This document shows, piece by piece, positions 14,280 to 29,852 of a DNA stretch of 64,000 bases. Under the pieces are notes generated by a model, which saw only the letters and a program-made list of their open reading frames with translations, made no database searches and was not told where the DNA came from. A program made the translations under genes and the position numbers. Each line of letters opens with the position of its first letter. Position 1 is the stretch's first letter. Source of the stretch: Lingula anatina (taxonomy: Eukaryota > Animalia > Brachiopoda); the NCBI GenBank assembly GCA_051362555.1, contig CM120640.1, forward strand, positions 35,235,967 to 35,299,966, written 5' to 3'.

Positions 14280-14600
14280 CTGATAACAAAACAGCTGACA
14301 GCGTCTTCACCTCTCAGATCCAGGTGAGGCCTCGGTTTGGAAATCTCGTTCTAATTTTTGGGATTTAGTAACCCAATTAAACTTTTGTGGTGCACATAAT
14401 TTTCAGTAACCGAAATCAATGGACATTTGTAGTGCCAGAGTAAATCTAAAGCGTTTGCATATTTCATATAACTCCTTTAAAAAGTTAAAAATCTTTATTA
14501 TCTGCTAAAACTATACGAGATCATACGAGACTACAACGTCACGCATCAGAGTCTTGATGTAAACATTCATGAAAACTTTCCCAGTCTACACAAGGAAAGT
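14280..14600. promoter_or_regulatory. Probable divergent promoter between a CPT1 non-coding first exon (-) and RAB3IP (+)
   Basis: Minus-strand donor CAG|gtaaat at 14280. Both genes have splice acceptors just upstream of their ATG (12150, 17364), so both need upstream non-coding exons. CpG-containing motifs (TACGAGA twice, ACTACAA) at 14514-14540. Confidence 0.5.
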
Positions 14601-15659
14601 GTGTGAACATTGGTATTTTGGAGATCATCAACCAGCATAAATGAGAGGGCAACCTCACAAAGTGAGTCGAAGACAAGGATATATTAATGCTTACTTAAAT
14701 TTGAAATAGATACAGTGTATGTAGTTTGCACTAAAACAAAACCTAGTTAGAATGTTTGAACAGCCAGTGTGTAAACAGTTCGTACAAGTATCCACCCCTT
14801 TCCTCGATTTAGGTTTGGCTAATATATATTATCTGGTTGATATAATAGTTCTCCGCCGTTGATTACTATTCTCATTGGTTCACTTTGATGTACATTAGTT
14901 GAAAGTTATGAATATCAGGTTTCATTCATAAAGTTTGATCATGATGAAGTTAATTATCGTTATCATTATCAATTTAGTTCTTTGAACCTACATAACTGAT
15001 AAGTTATTGGAATCGGACATCGGTTATGTTGCCAGAATTAGAGTGGATTTTAATTTTGCGTATCAAATTAGTGATAAATATTGCATTCTGATTTTAGCAA
15101 AAAAAAGTGAACAGTTATAAATAGACAAGAAAAACTTTAAGATTATGCTTCTCAGTTTTACTTAAATTGAAATCCGGTAATTTGTTTACAACAAGGAAGT
15201 GTTGCCATATTTAGCACATTTTCCAATTATTGCTCTAATTTTAAGTCCCAAATGTTTCTTTTTTTCTGTAGATTTAAATTCCATGTGATAAAAGATCTCA
15301 TTTAGCCAGAGTACATGAGGCATTCCTACACAAATACCCCTCGCCTTCTTTCCCCCCCCCCCCCCCCCCAGGACATGCATAAAACTCAGTGTCATTCAGA
15401 AGAGTGATGTAAAAAATTTTTTTTAATACAATGAAGCCTGGAGTAGCAAGGCAGTTCATCTTTTTTATTTGGTGAAAAGCTAAATGCTTACTTATGAGTC
15501 CAGTTGCAAGTAGGGTTGGGTCTATTCAACTTGACCACACCCATCTGGCTGGCTTCACATTATTAATGTATCCTGGAAATTGGTCTCAACTTTTAGATGA
15601 AAAGCTTGGTCCACTTCTGCGATGTTAAATCCATAGCCTGCCACTTAGGGACTGCCCAT

Positions 15660-15811
15660 GGGGACTCTTGCTGAATGCAAACAGATTGTTAGACTAAGAC
15701 GACGCCTATTGTTTTCAATATACTTATGTAATCACCAGTTTTTCTGTAATGTACTCAACGCCAAGAGACATGTTAATCTGTTTTATCTGATTGTGTTCAG
15801 CAAGAATCCCC
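15660..15811. mobile_element. MITE relic
   Basis: About 27-bp imperfect terminal inverted repeats: GGGGACTCTTGCTGAATGCAAACAGAT / ATCTGATTGTGTTCAGCAAGAATCCCC. Confidence 0.6.
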
Positions 15812-16137
15812 TTGGAGTTAGTACACAGTAAATAGGCCCATAAAATTTATTTTGAACAGTTCCTTAGACAAAATAAGAACAAGGTAGAAAAATTAATCAT
15901 GTCTTCCTTGTTACAAATCAAGTGCAGCCTTTTATTTAATTGGACAACTACTGATATTTGGATGGAGAGAGGTCAAAAAAGGCAAAAAATTTAGTCTAGA
16001 AATTTAGACCAATTTTTGGGCCTCTGTTCTGTGATACAAGCCCAAGATTTATCTCACCATAGGAAGCAAATCGTAAAGCTTGTTACGAGGGAGGTTGAAC
16101 CAACTTGATGGGAAGTGTGACATACTTCTATATAGAC

Positions 16138-16237
<100 letters not shown>

Positions 16238-17382
16238 GCATGTGACTCTAATATCTATATAACATTATTTATGACCTCTGGTCATGGTATGTGGAATATT
16301 TTTAAATTACACACCATGGTCAACAGTGCCTAAGATATATAATAATGGGGACATCCTGTCATATTGGATCTACTAGTATTTTTAAGAATGACATGCATAT
16401 CTGGAGGATGTAGTATAAATAATTTTACTTGTCATTTCCGCTCCAATGCCAGCTCATTTGATCATCTTGACTTCAAAATTAAGTGTTATGGATACTCCTC
16501 CATTTGTCATTCAATACAATTCAATAAATTGATAAAATTTGCCTACAGTATGTATGTGTGTATATTCAAAAAGTTAATGAAATATGTGTTAGTCTGTTGA
16601 TATTGCATCAAAGTTAATTTGAAAATGGTATAATTAAAAAAAAATTAGTAAAGTTATTAACTCAAAATATACAAGCTAGGATCCAACAAGTCAGTATTTT
16701 TCACATTTTACGTAGGCTTTACTTTTATCATTTTGATTGCCCGATCATAATTGCTTTATACTTTTGTAAATATGATAAAGGAAACAATTGGAAAAGACAA
16801 TTATCTGAGGCATTGGTTTTAGCATACTTAACATTATAATCTCTGTTACAAATTTGAAATATACTCATGTGAAGCTGGATAAGATAAATGTGTAATCCTT
16901 AGTTTTGAAAAAGGTTGGGCAGAGTTTATTAATAACTAAAATATACTTAATGTCAATAATTTGTTATGGATGTTTGTTGGCAGAAAATAATATACAGTGA
17001 TCAATAATATTGATTGAAGAGCTGAGTATCATTTGCTGTCTAACATTCATCAGTACTTAGCGTTGTACACTAAATTATTAATGCTAATATTTCAAGAGGA
17101 AAAGTGTTGTTAATGAACCAAATAGTCGCCCCGAGTTTCAGAGGACAGTGGAAATTTGCTTCTCTAGCTCCTATCAGCAGGCTTCTCCTAATATTAGAAG
17201 GGGAATCTCCAATGCCTTTTAAAACTCAGGGTGCATGCAGCATGAGGTGCTAAAAATTGAAGTATTTTCCCATGGTCTCTCCCCAAATAAAACATGCCCT
17301 AAGATCCTCCCCTTGCAGCACCATGTATACATGACCTCATTGTTATACATGTTACAAATTTCAGGTGTAGGCTTGGGGAGCT

Positions 17383-20300
17383 ATGACTGACAGTGATTTG
17401 GCAGGCACCACCACGTTAAAAACTGCCATTGCAACGTCGGATGTAGCAGAGGGTTATAGTAGTAGAGGTAGTGGTGAAAGTGGTGATAAAACTAAGGAGA
17501 ACAACAACCTGAAAGATCCCACGATGTTGAGCACCGGTTTCGTCCAAATGAAAACTTCGAAAGTGACTCAAAGGCCCCAGGGAGATGATAAGGAGATGGC
17601 TCCCAGTGACAGTGGTGTTAAAGACGCTTCTGTAGTCAAAGGGCTATCTTTGTCAAGTTTGCCTAAAGATGAAAGGAATAAGCAGACTGAAAACACGCCT
17701 TTAGTCATAGTGAATGGAGAACATGATAGAAGGTGAGTTAAAACTTTCAGCTGAAATTGGATACTTAATAGCATATTTATATATGATTTATGCTTTAAGT
17801 CAGATTTGAGGAGAAATGCATGACAAATATTTCACAATATTCTTTTATTACATCAGTAAGATGATATATTGTGTGAGTGATGGTTTCTTTATTACCTCAA
17901 TTTTCCATTGTATCATACAAGGAAAGTCTGGAATTGCTCAGAGTCATGGGTATTTTAAAGGGCATGCATGACAAAATTCCCATAGTAGGCTGCTTTATTA
18001 ATTTCAAATATTTGACATGGCAACTTTAATATGGCAAGCATTCTGTAAAGGAATCAATGACAATTGTTCTGTTGCATTCCTTTGCAGAATTTTGCATCCA
18101 GGCAGTGTGATTTTGCAAAATTGCAAAGAAATTGGATGAAAATATGCCCCTCGTGTGACCATCTCATCAGTTTCAGCAGATGCTTAAATTGAGATGTATA
18201 GATTTTTTGGTTCAGTTCTTATATACTTCTCTGAGCATGCAAAGGAGTCTACAAAATCCATACCAAGGTTGAGCAGTTGGTTATCCATTATTGATCTGCC
18301 GACCTGCCAACCTGAGTCATGGAGAAATCTGGAGACTAGCACACAAATCCCCAAGTATCACAATGCTAACGAGATAAGCCTTGAACTCTGCTGTGTATAT
18401 GTGTACATATATATGTGTATAGGAGGTTAAGTGTCCTTCATGCACATGAACTGACCATAAAATCATTACGGGGCAAAGGACGGATTATCTCTAAGTGGAT
18501 GAGTTGATTATACAAAAGCCAGACTATCCTATGTAACATGAGGTCCCCGTAATCTCTCCTGATCATTTTAGTTAATGATAAAATTAAAAAAAGATTCATT
18601 ATAAGAAACCATCATGTAAAGAGCTGTCACTCAAGTACTGCTGTAAATACAAGCCCGTATTAATAAGTTTCTTTGTATGAGAACAGATTTTGAGCATCAA
18701 CAGGTCTTTGACACCATTTGACAGACACAAAGTGAGCCCTTAAAAAGAACTCTGCCATAGTAATGCACTTTTTGTATGATACCCACTAGAAGCTACATTG
18801 TATTGTTAGTAAATGAAAAACATACAAGTTTTTTTTTTTCTCACTTGAAAAGTTTCAGGTAACAAGAATGCAAAAAATGCCCTTTGCACTTTGATTTCAG
18901 TGTATGTTTCCATTGTTGTCCTAGAAAAACATGTCCTGGAAGGATGAAATTTCTCAATTTAAATAAGAGAAGGTCAAAGGCTTGTGCAGATGGAAACATT
19001 GATGCTCTGCTATACTAAAAAGTTACCTGTTGAAATAAAAAAGGGGATTGTTTTTAACCAGCATGGAGTTATATATTTTTCACAAAGAGTCCATCTGTTG
19101 CATCGCAAATAAGTGGTAATTAAAAACTGTATGAAGCAGTATTATTTGGACCCCTTTGTTAAAGTAATATTGATCAGTATTGTTAAGCATATTAAGTACC
19201 AGCAGTTTAGCACCTCATTCTAGATCATTCTAGCCGTAGTGTAACCATTAATTCACATTGTAAACCTTTTCACCCTTCACCCTTTAAGTCAAATCAAGAA
19301 TGCATCTATTTTTGATTCCTTTTCACACTTGTACAAAATGTACCTTCGCACTGATAGTGATAGGATTTAATGTTGTAACCACACAAGAACACTTGATTGT
19401 GGTTATAATAGTTGATCATAATTGATTGTTTAACCATATCCTGGACATTATACACTCTATGTACAAACAAAATTCAATCAAAATCAATATTCATTTGAAT
19501 AAATTTATCCTGAAATTTCAATTTTGTTTAAAATATCTGATCTTTAGCCATCCGAAATCTATTATTCAGGTCCTTAAAGTCCTCCATTCAACACAGTAAT
19601 CGCATTAGTGCTGACTATAAATGTAACATCAGCTTATTATGAACCATGAGTGTAATAAGGCTGAGTCCATACATGTACATTGTATGTGAACAGAGCCCCC
19701 TTAATCTTACTCATTATTTTCTCTCCTATCAGTAACTGCAGGTGAGACTGGTCCACACCTGCTTTCTTTTGAAAAGAACTGATGGTATGAAATAAAAGAC
19801 GTTACTCTGAATCTATACATAGATATGTTGTTACATGAAAACATAAAAGGACAGATCCAACTCTCACGTTTCAAAGTTAAGAGAGGACAAAACCAGCCTC
19901 AAACATGATGGGTTTGTACAAGGTAAATTGTAGGAGTAGTAATTGCTTTTTATTTTGTTGTTTGTTATGATAGGTATGTGGAGAAAATTTAGAAATGTAA
20001 TCTTACTTGGCTTGATTGGTTTGTTTGTTTGTGGATTTAAAAAAAAGTCCCTTTAAATGTAGCAGTTCTGTTTTTGATAGTTTGTTATTTGGTTAAAATC
20101 AGTTACAAGTTACGCTCACAGTTGCAGGCAATTGAATGTTGAAGTTTTATTTTACTGCTTGTCATTGGCTCCAATTTCGGCTAAAAGATATACCCTCCTT
20201 CACAAGGCATTAGAAATGTTTCAATTTAAGAAGGGACCTAGTGTGCTATTGTTATTCGCATTTTTTCCTTTCCATCCCCCCCCCCCCCCCCCCCCCCCCC

Positions 20301-23300
20301 ACAAGTAATGTGTGCCATCTAACCAGAGTTATGACAGGGCACATAAAGTCACTATTGATTTGTTATTGTGGCTTTAAAGGGGACATAGTTTCACCCGAGT
20401 CCACCTTGCCAAAAATAATGCCTACGATCAACAGAACAAACATATTTTGCCCAATAGTATTGATATAAAGTCTTAAAGTTAACCAGGATTTCTAAAGAGA
20501 ATCAACAAGTCTTTAAAGACAAAGAACTTTTATGTGTACTGCTAAGGTATTGTCTATGTTCAACTTAACCTGGTATTTCTATGGAATTTTAGCATGTCTA
20601 TTCGAGACAAAGGAGTTTAAGCTATAAATGTTCAACCACGTTATTGTGCGATCTCAGACTGAAGTTCTTAGGCAAAGGTAAGAGTCTAGAGACCAGAATA
20701 GTTCATGACAGTTCTGTTAAAATGATTAATTTAAATGAATTTATTAAGCTGATGCAGAAAGTTATGCAGTTAAATGTAACTTTTATTTAATTTCCCCAAG
20801 GGTATAATTAAATAGACATTTTTTACTTCAGTTAGATAAGAGATATTGTGTAATCCGATCATAGTGATGAATTGGAAAGAACAACGGAGAAAGAGCTGAA
20901 GAAGCACATTCTATTGCTTTGACAATATTGCCATTGTAATTACATTAACAACATCAATCATTCTATGTAGAAGGTCAACTGCAGTGATATATGAATGAGT
21001 CAGTCTGTTGCCTGCACCTGCACCAAAACAGTAGTCCTTGTTGTTAAGACCATTTTATGTAGTAGCTAGGGTAAGAGTTCGCTAATATAGAGAAGGCAAA
21101 TACTTGACAGTCCTAAAAGCAGGGAAATGCATTTTGTCAGTGACAAATTGCCTTCTAATTGTCTTAAATTACCAAGTAAAGAAATTTACCTTCATTCAGA
21201 CTGATTGCATTCAAATTTAATTTAACTTTCAGAGTGAAAATGTTTTAAGATTATCTTGTGTTTTCCCCTATCTACCTTTTATGAGAAAAAAATTCAGGAA
21301 GTACAGATATAAGTTTGCTCATCAGGAAGTATTTCATTTAGCATCATAAAAGCTTGTTTTTGCAGTTTGTCCCAAGATGAAAAATAAACCCCCTTGGTAT
21401 CCAATTATGCTGTTTTTGTGGACTAGGAAGTTTCTGCACCTCATGGCGGGTGTCAGAGTTCACATTAACAAGTGGGGATATCACCAGTGTGGTAAATATA
21501 AATGTAGTAGCTGAATTTGAGTACCAGTCCGTCTCATTGTACATAGATTCCTGTCTCTTTGGTTTACTGGGCTTTTAAAACAGTGACAGGACTTTTTGTA
21601 AAAAAAAAAGGAGGATCTCAAAGTTCTTCTGTACAGTAGGTATAAACTGTTCTTTTATTAATGTTTCATTGAACTGATGTAAAAAGCTATTTTACCTCTA
21701 TTAGTCAGGTCCCAATATTCAAACTAATGTGTATTTACAATCATAGTTGTTGAATGTGGCTAGATAAAGTTTTGACAGTGGTCAGTGTTAATAGGTTGAA
21801 CATGTTTCAGTTGTATCTATCACATCTTATCACATGGTTAATGGTATTAGTATAGAGCCTGTATCAATATAAATACTGTATATATCATTACTGGGCATTT
21901 TGGCCTTTTAAAATTTAATGATATCAGTTAATAGACCAAAATGACTTGCACAGGATTTAAGTTACATCTGTGAAAAACGTATTATAATGTATTCGTTTCT
22001 GAGAATTTTGATCTTTTTCATAAGTATTTAAGTTTTGACAAATGCATCATTAACATTATCAGCAATTTAAACTGACAAGCTTGAAAAGACGTGCTTTTGA
22101 GTCAGGATGTAAGATCTGACAAAGATCCTGTTTTTAGGCCAATAAACAACAAAAAATTAGTTCTTTATCTGGTTCTTTTTACTATTTTTGTTAGGTAGAG
22201 TGGGGAGGTACTTGCCATATACATTGAATCTTCACTTAAGTCAGTGCTAGAATGTATAAGAGTCATCAAAATAAAGAGATGCAGGTATTTTATGAAGTAC
22301 ATTCTGAGTTCAAGAATGCATAACCTTGTATTGTTATGTTAATCTCCTTGCACTTCATGTCAAGCATGCAGGTTATGGCAGTTGAATTCATGCTTTGTTA
22401 CTTGTAAAAATGAATATGACTTTGGATGAAAACCAAAATTTTCACATGATAATTTTCTCACAAATGTGCTTGTCAAAGATGATCTGATTTGAAGAAAAAA
22501 AGACATCAGAACTTCAATTTGTAATATGTAAACAAATAGAAATTGACTTAATCAGGTAAAATTGGACAGGCATTTATTTGAGTTTTGTGATTAATATACA
22601 AAAAAAGAAAGATTAAAAGTGCTTTGCTTAAGCCCCTTCAAATCCCCACTGGTTATAGCACAGATGGTACATTATTAAAAATTCACCTGGCGTGCCAGCA
22701 CAGGGGTATTCCCCACAGACACGTCAATTTCTCCGTCGTGATTAGTAATTTTCTCATGGAAGCCTGGGGCTCAGTCGTTCTTTTTCACCTGGTACCATGG
22801 TGAAGGAAACAATAAAAACAGGTATTATCAAAAGCCTCAGTCATAACTGTGACTGGACGCCCTAGCCACCAAACCTCGCGTGCAAAAAAACTGGTCTGGC
22901 TAAAGCCAGGGTGGGAAAAGTGGTAAGATAGCCATCAGTTGTTTTCATTCTTGAAATATTCACGTTCAGTTGTGGTCACTCGATTAAATCTGTGGTTTTT
23001 TAAGGGGTCATTGCATTACAACCTTTCAGTCATATTCTGAACATTCCATAACAAATTTTAAATCTTAAGAACTGCACTATTTTTGAAAAATAAGGTACAG
23101 TAAAATTCATTAATGTCAGGGTAATGGATTGGTGAAGCCTGTCAAGCTTTACGCTAAATTATAGCAATTAGAGTTCAAAGTTTATAGCTTGTCTGGAAGG
23201 TAGGGCGCAAAAGATAAGTGTTGGGTGCATCATCAAATTAGATTAGATGTGACAGGCGATATATATTTATATATATATTGCATGGAGGATAAGTCACCAC

Positions 23301-26300
23301 TCATAGCTGGGTGTGAGTTAATAGACTGGATATATATTAAGTGTGGTCTGTTTTTGTGAGCATCAGTCCTATCACTGGGTAGTGAGTGGGAGACAGTGGC
23401 CAAAACAATTGAGTGGTATCATGAGGGACTTTTTCAACATGTTGGGGCCAAAATTGGCCAACAATGTCAAGACTTTGGCTGGAGTCATTATGATACCACG
23501 GTAAATATAATTTGTTGATAGTGATTAATATAATCCAGCATGTTATGAGAGTTTTGATAAAACTCAAATTTAATATTTACTTATTTATTTATTTATTTTT
23601 TTTATTTGAAAAAAAACAATTATGGCAATGTTGTATTTGTTTTTCTATTTTTTGATAGAGGTCACATAAAAAAGCAGGAATACAAACAGGAATACAGAGG
23701 TTCTCCTGTTTGGAACTATTTCAGCAAAACAGTAGTTGTGCTGGTAATATAATTGAAATATTTAGAGTACTACAGCTAGTGTTGAACTGTTTTTAATGCT
23801 GAGGGAAGTAGAGGTCAGCAGTGGAATTGGATGGGAACTGCCTTCCTATATACCAGTGTACTACTAATGGAAGACCTTTACTTCTATGGCTACTGATGGC
23901 TCCCAATTACCATGCATCGATCTCATGAAAATCCAATTTTCCAAGAATATTATCTGAAATGAGTTATTCTAATGCTGTTGCAGCGAGTTGGAAGACACTG
24001 TGGAAGTGACCATGCGTGAGTTCAAAAGCGACACATACCCCCGCAGACGGAGAAGTGCATCCATGGCGGAGGTGAAAGAACAGGCCTATGGCCGACTGCA
24101 AGACGAACTCAACAAGGCTCAACAGGTACTGTGATTTCTTACTACATAAAATATCATGATTGACGTCTTATTTAATTGATCAAATACTGCACTGTGTTTT
24201 TGAACAGAAGACATTGTTTTTGTGTCTTTGCATGTTATACTATTGGATTCTTGATTTGTGCTCCAGTACAATGTATGTTTCTCAGTCCGCACCCTAATAT
24301 GCTTTAACATGTACTATTACTAAGCATAGAGAATAATAATACTCCACATGCAACATGATTTATAACTACATTTATAAGTCAGTTTTCAATATGTTACACC
24401 ACCACATGCGCCGTGAATTCAAGACTAACTATTTGCATATATATTCAATGGTTATATACCATTTTTTACAAGGAATCATTATCAGTATCATTCAAATCAT
24501 ATGCAACAATTTCTTTGCAAAATGTGTTATTATTGTTCATCAAAATTTTTTTATATCTAATTTGAGGGTGTTGTCTGCAAAATGACTCCTCAACATTTCT
24601 GTCTGAAATCACATATATCACTATAGGAATTTAGTAACGACCAGGGACGGGCTAATCTTCACATATATTTATGTTTGATTATATCTCCTGCAACTTTGAA
24701 TATATCTTGTCAAGAATAAAATGGATTTTAAAAGGAGTATTAACCTGAAAGAAAATGGCATGTAAAACATGAATATTACCTTTTATAAACCATTTAATTT
24801 AAATATTGGTTCTATAATTCCAAGGAAACCCACAATGTTAAGGCTAACCACAGTCAAAATAACTGCACCTCTGAGTTTTATTTTACCACCTTGAAAGAAA
24901 ATGGATTTTTAAGATGAGACACAAGATTTCTTGTTGGAAAAAGAAGACATATAAATGAACAACAAGAAATATGTGGCCATTGGGTTTAGTACAAGTCTGT
25001 ACCACAGCATGAATAAACAGAAAACAAGATAGATAAAAGGTCCTCTCATGCATACTAAATAACCTAATGGAAGAATAACCATATAATTTAGGGAACCACA
25101 AGAGTTAGCCTGGCTTGGTACGGGCTTTTTTGGAAGGTGCATTGTGGTCTCAAATAATTAGGGGTCACATGGTGATTTTAGTGTTTTTGTCATAATTGTT
25201 ATTTATTTTCAGGAGTTAAAACTTAAAGACGAGGAATGTGAAAAGCTTTTAGAGGTGCGAGATCAAATGGGAAGAGAATTAGAAGAACTTACTGCAAGTC
25301 TGTTTGAGGTAAAAACATTAATTTGATGAAAAGATGAGGAAAACTATTAAACATTTTATAAGCATGCAAATTAAACTTATCAAGGATGCAGAGGAAATGA
25401 AATAAAACTCATTAAGAGTTGTTATTTTAAACGAACTGACTGAATAAAATCTTCCTTATTACACCGTTCTCAGAAATATAGAATAGAATTTATTCTTTCC
25501 TTATAACTAAAGTGCATTGCACACATGAAAATCCCATTGGCTTGAAAAAGGGCATTCCCCTAGCATATATTAACATTCACTCAAAGGCACAGACTGTTTT
25601 CATCACACTTCAGTATATGCTATGGTATCTTAATTACCGTCTGTGGCAATTGATCTCCATTAGTTGGTAATAATAAATGATGGACTGCCTCTACCTTGTG
25701 ATGCATCTGTACAGCCTTATGCATGTTTTTTTACACAGCAATATTGCATTTGTGGTTAAAAAGTCAAAAAATAAAATAAAAAATGGAAGAATAGACTTTC
25801 TACCCAAGAAACAGAGAATAAGTTGGAGAGTACAGAGGAGGCAATTTCTGCAGAAGAAATTTGTAGAACACTGAAACACTGAAAAGAATGCCCACAACAA
25901 GTTAACAGGCTCTTTGAGGAAAATTTTTTGCAGTACTCAAAACATACAATAGTAGTAGTCATATTTACACTCACTGGTTGTGGGTTTGTTTAAAAATGAC
26001 TTTTTACATGGTCCAACAAATGTGACAGATGACTTATTCATGCATTATTGGTACAGTGGATTTTATTTTTTTGCTCAGTTTGATTAAGAACAGTCAAATT
26101 GTGACATACATTAGTGCAGTTTTGAAGAAATTCTTTACTAATAATTTGTTTTTTTTTTCTTCTTAATTTAGGAAGCAAACAATATGGTGCAGGACGCCAA
26201 TATCAAACGGATGCATGCAGAAAAACTGCTGAAGGAAGCCAACACTAAGGTAAGGAAATGGGCTTTTAATGACTTTCTAGCTTTTTGGTTAAGTAAGAAG

Positions 26301-29300
26301 TGTTGGCAAAATGTGATGTGAATCATGAAGGGGATCATAAAATTTACATGACACAATTTAACTTAAAATTTTATTTGACTTCAGTGGAAAAGTGGTTAAA
26401 ATGGGTCACACTAATCTACTTCATATCAAAGCTTCAAATAAAGTTGCCATTTCTTCTTTTCCTTTTAGCAAATAAATTTTCTCTTTGAATAAAGCAAAGC
26501 ACTTGTAAACACTTCTAGTGCAATAAAGTTGAAAAAGTATGACAGGTTTTATTTATAATGTATATTTTGTGAACAGATAGAGGTTTTACAAGCAGAAGTC
26601 GTGGCCCTGAAAGCCTTAGTGATCACATCCACCCCCAGTATGCCAAATAAACACCTCCATCCTCAGCTGGAGCATGAAAAGAAAAAGAAAGAGGGCAGTG
26701 CTTCGCCCAAGCTTAGTTTTATCAAAGGACACAGGAGGTATGTGTGTATTTAGCATAAAATCTGCTGTTCTATTTATTTTTGTCACTATCTTTCATTTGA
26801 AAAATTGTAATGGAATCATTGGTTTGTGAGCAGATGTGATATGAGAAAAAAACGATGCTGGAATTGAGCTGTGAGAATATCTGTTGTTACATATAAAATG
26901 TTACTTTTGAAAGAAATAATAATGGAATCGTGAGCTTGTGACGACACTGTGGGTTGAATAGTGCAACCACGATTATGTGAATTCAGCATGGCCTGTTCTC
27001 AAAGCTCAAGATCTGAAAAGAAAAAAATTGCGTTTCTTGTTGTGGTGTTATCATTTACTTAAATTTCTTTTGTATTTTAGGTCTACAAGTCATCATGACA
27101 TCAAAGCAGTAGCTGTGGAGCCTGTGAAATCTGAGGAAATACAGAAAAAGGAGGTAAATAACTTTTTTTGAGAGAGAGAGAGAGAATGTAAAGGCAGAAG
27201 AAATAGACTTGAATTCTTTTGTTTTCTGTTCCAACAAGGCAGAAATATTTTACATTTCTAACTTACAAGCTGGTACATGCATTAACATCTTGAATTGAAA
27301 TAAACTGCGTGTTCAGTTGAAAGAATCCAAAATGAATTATATATAAATTTGCATGTATTTCAGGCTGACCCAATCTTCCTGCACGAATTCAGAGAATGGA
27401 AAAAGGATCCCAATCACAATAATTCTAATGCATTTATCACCAGAGTAGAACAAGAAGATGTCATTCCATGTTTATGCTTTACAAATAAAGAAGTAAGTCC
27501 TTATATACTCAATTTCCTTTTTTTTTTTTTCTACACTAAAGATATTACTTATGAATTGTGTAAATGAGCTCCTTACCTTTGGTTGATTATTTAAGAGGTC
27601 TATTTTCAAAGGTTATTAACATATCTAATGTCAACAGTGACGCAAGTGAATCACCATCAAGTTCTGATGTTACACCGATTTGCAATAACTACTGCTTAAT
27701 GAGAAGACATTTCTAAGCATTATTATTGTTATGATTTCCTGCCCAACAAATTGCAGACTTGAAAACAAATATCTGATTTGCAAGTGCTGATAATTTAATC
27801 AATCTAGTGAATGCATACATGCAAGACAGATTGATCTGTCCGTAGAATATCAAGACGCATTTGTCACACTAAACTGGTGCTGGCATTGTATGCATGATAA
27901 AATCAAGTCTTGCTGATAGAATATGGATGTTTTCCATCCTTTGTGCTTGCATTCATTTGCGAAGGCACATGCTCTATCTTGAATAAACAAGACCGAAGTG
28001 CAGTGTTGTTTTGTTGGAAAAGTGCACTGATATAGTAGTTTTCTTTATCCCACTGTTTGTAACCCATATATGTCAGTTATTTAAATACTTACTTTTACAC
28101 AGTTTAGAGTACTTCAGTCTGGTACAAAACATGACAAAAAGAAAGTTGCTTTAACGTAATCTTTCCCAGACCTAAATAGGGATTGTATCTTGGTTTTTAT
28201 CAGAAAAGAAATGTATATCCTAACCTCAATATTGAATTACTGTAACATTTGTTTTTACAGTGTTTTTATCATATGAATATCATTTCTGTTTGCCCTTACC
28301 AAAACAAAATATTTTTTCCGTACACCCAAAGCATGTGGCATTTGATTTCCCCCCTGGGCCAATGCTCTTATCAAATGAATATATTTCAACATTTCAGCTT
28401 TCCTCCAGAGTCCTTGCCACAGTTCAGAACAACTCCTTAACTATTGAGCCCATTCCAGGAAATGTCCAGGGAAATGGAAATATCCCAAAGTAAGATGATA
28501 TATTGATTTGTGTTTGCCTTGTGTGTGTGTGTGTATTATTCCATTTGTTCAGCTTTGACATTTGTGTACTGCTGGGTATGTAACTTAATGTGCTGTATTC
28601 TTGTTCCTGTGATCTTTCTCTGGACTTGCTCAACCGTATGATGTCAGATGTTCAAATAATTTTTTGGGGCTAAAATAACTGCAAAATTGATTTAAAGAAA
28701 ACATTTTGCTTCTTTTTGTGAGTCAAATAGATGAATCAGTAAATAATAATGAAATGAATTTCAAGAGAATAAATTTTCAAGGAAAAAAAAAGATTGTGAA
28801 CAGTCTGTTAAGTGTTGTTAGTATATTTACTTCACTCAGATTTTATATATCTGTGCTATTAGCTGTATGTCCCAGTGTGAGATACTATTTCCTTATGACA
28901 TTTCTTGCTTAGAAATTAGATTGTGGTGATCTCTCCTACTGGCGCTGAACATCGCACGATTCATTTGTTATCCAGCTTTTATCAAGATAGTGGCTTTGAT
29001 GGATTGGAATTAATAGAAGTCATGAAAGCAATGAAGAAAATGGAAATGTTTAGTGGCTTGTACTGTTTTCTAGGAAATTCTATTTCAAGCTAGTTATGTA
29101 TGATGCATGAGACTTTTATTTGGGACAGAAACATGAAAATTGATGTGAAGAGTTTAATTAATAAGTTTCCACCACTTACATCTGAATAACTTATTTGAAT
29201 TGAACATAATGGAATTAAAAGTATAAAGAATTTATGTTTATCTCCTGTTTCAGAAAATGTGCCTTGTCTGAGGCCCCAAGGATATGCAAGTTCAGAATGA

Positions 29301-29852
29301 AATGTGGGGATTCAGAAACATGGTATTTTGTATCAGAAGCAGCCAGAAATAGAGTAAGTTGATTTAAAGTTTAAAATCTAGACTTTTAATTTTTTTTACT
29401 GATGTTTAAGTTTGTGTTGCTAAAGAGAAAAATACCAGCACTAATGTTTGTTTATTGATGTTTGTTGAATGTTGCATTTTCCTTCAATTATTATGATATC
29501 TTTATTTTAATAAGTATCCTAAAAAAAGGTATAACTACATAAATTGTAAATGTTTATTATTTTTGTTACAGATCACTGCTGTCTGTGACTTGTACACATA
29601 TCTGAGGTACATAAAACAAGGCCTAGTGAAAAGTGAAGGTAAGTTCATTAAATTTTTTTCATATCTTATATCATGATTTTTTTAAAGGAATTTTTCACAT
29701 TTTAAAATAGGTTTAAAAACTTCTATTTACATGATTTGTATACAATACTGTTTAATGTCGCTTTACTTTTTTTTTTAGACACTGACATGTATTGGCACAT
29801 TATCAAGTTGAGGAAAGCAATGGCTATGGCAAGGTTAGGGCTTTCATCATGA
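17383..29852 (+). CDS. RAB3IP: Rab3A-interacting protein / Rabin8-like Sec2-domain Rab GEF (RAB3IP/RAB3IL1 family)
   Basis: Exons 17383-17732, 23984-24125, 25213-25308, 26172-26249, 26577-26737, 27081-27152, 27364-27492, 28398-28489, 29254-29353, 29572-29638, 29778-29852. Motifs [69 protein letters not shown]. The N-terminal exon is less certain. Confidence 0.93.
22645..22915. mobile_element. Degenerate palindromic MITE in a RAB3IP intron
   Basis: Termini CCCACTGGTTATAGCACAGA / TCTGGCTAAAGCCAGGGTGGG and inner arms CTGGCGTGCCAGCACAG / CTGTGACTGGACGCCCTAG are imperfectly complementary. Confidence 0.5.

Noticed and set aside
19733-19922. Possible alternative internal exon of RAB3IP
   Set aside because: Has donor-like sites but no open frame in the phase needed to join exon 23984.
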